DNA of 60,521 nucleotides, counting the filler, from Sphacelaria rigidula (taxonomy: Eukaryota), in assembly GCA_964200075.2 (NCBI GenBank). It is 9 parts of 9 records of this genome, joined end to end, with 100 filler letters (N's around TTAATTAATTAA, not from the genome) between each part and the next. Parts side by side here need not be neighbours in the genome. Positions count along the whole stretch, not along the records: positions 53,888 to 60,521 come from CAXNAA020018929.1; 8 more parts are not named here. One strand, 5' to 3'. The number at the start of each line of letters is the position of its first letter. Positions within the stretch are counted from its first letter, which is position 1. The translations under genes and the position numbers were made by a program. Positions 60,301 through 60,521 of this stretch are shown here, in pieces. Under the pieces are notes generated by a model, which saw only the letters and a program-made list of their open reading frames with translations, searched no databases and had not been told where the DNA came from.

Positions 60301-60521
60301 TGACACCATGTTAACCATGTGTCGGTAAAATAATAATAAGCAAGTCTGGGAGCAACCTGTCCAATCAGAGCGAGGCGAAATTTGTCGACCACATCAGAAA
60401 GACCAGGGGAGGGGGGGCTGTCGCCGGAAGTGATGCCACTGCAAAGTTGGTGTGCCCTGTCCCTGTTGTTGTTGTTGTTGTCTTCACATTAAAAGCCGTT
60501 CCGATATCTGCGCGGTACATT

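Overview
Eukaryotic genomic DNA, most likely a brown alga or related stramenopile (inferred from an intron-rich flagellar DRC3 gene, long introns and the transposon types; not database-verified). The window is not one locus. It is nine unrelated contigs of 6637, 6636 (x5), 6635 (x2) and 6634 bp, sorted by size and joined by artificial 100-bp spacers (44 N + TTAATTAATTAA + 44 N). Host genes are fragmentary: six exons of DRC3/LRRC48 (with a GC-AG intron), three small exons of a Myb/TTF1-Reb1-like protein, one exon of a CobW (COG0523) GTPase, and exon-like pieces of an unknown coiled-coil gene. Most of the rest is transposon-derived: two decayed copies of one Ty3/Gypsy chromovirus family, other LTR remnants, tRNA-derived SINEs, LINE tails, and Stowaway-, Tourist- and piggyBac-like MITEs. 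Three observations stand out. (1) The Gypsy integrase carries a chromodomain followed by a second Tudor/PWWP-like module. (2) A GACAC-ended TIR element with 4-bp non-TTAA target duplications sits independently in both Gypsy copies, in the same relative orientation. (3) Two ~330-nt hairpins made by inverted duplication of exon-like sequence lie 1.1 kb apart, a candidate gene-derived miRNA/hpRNA cluster.
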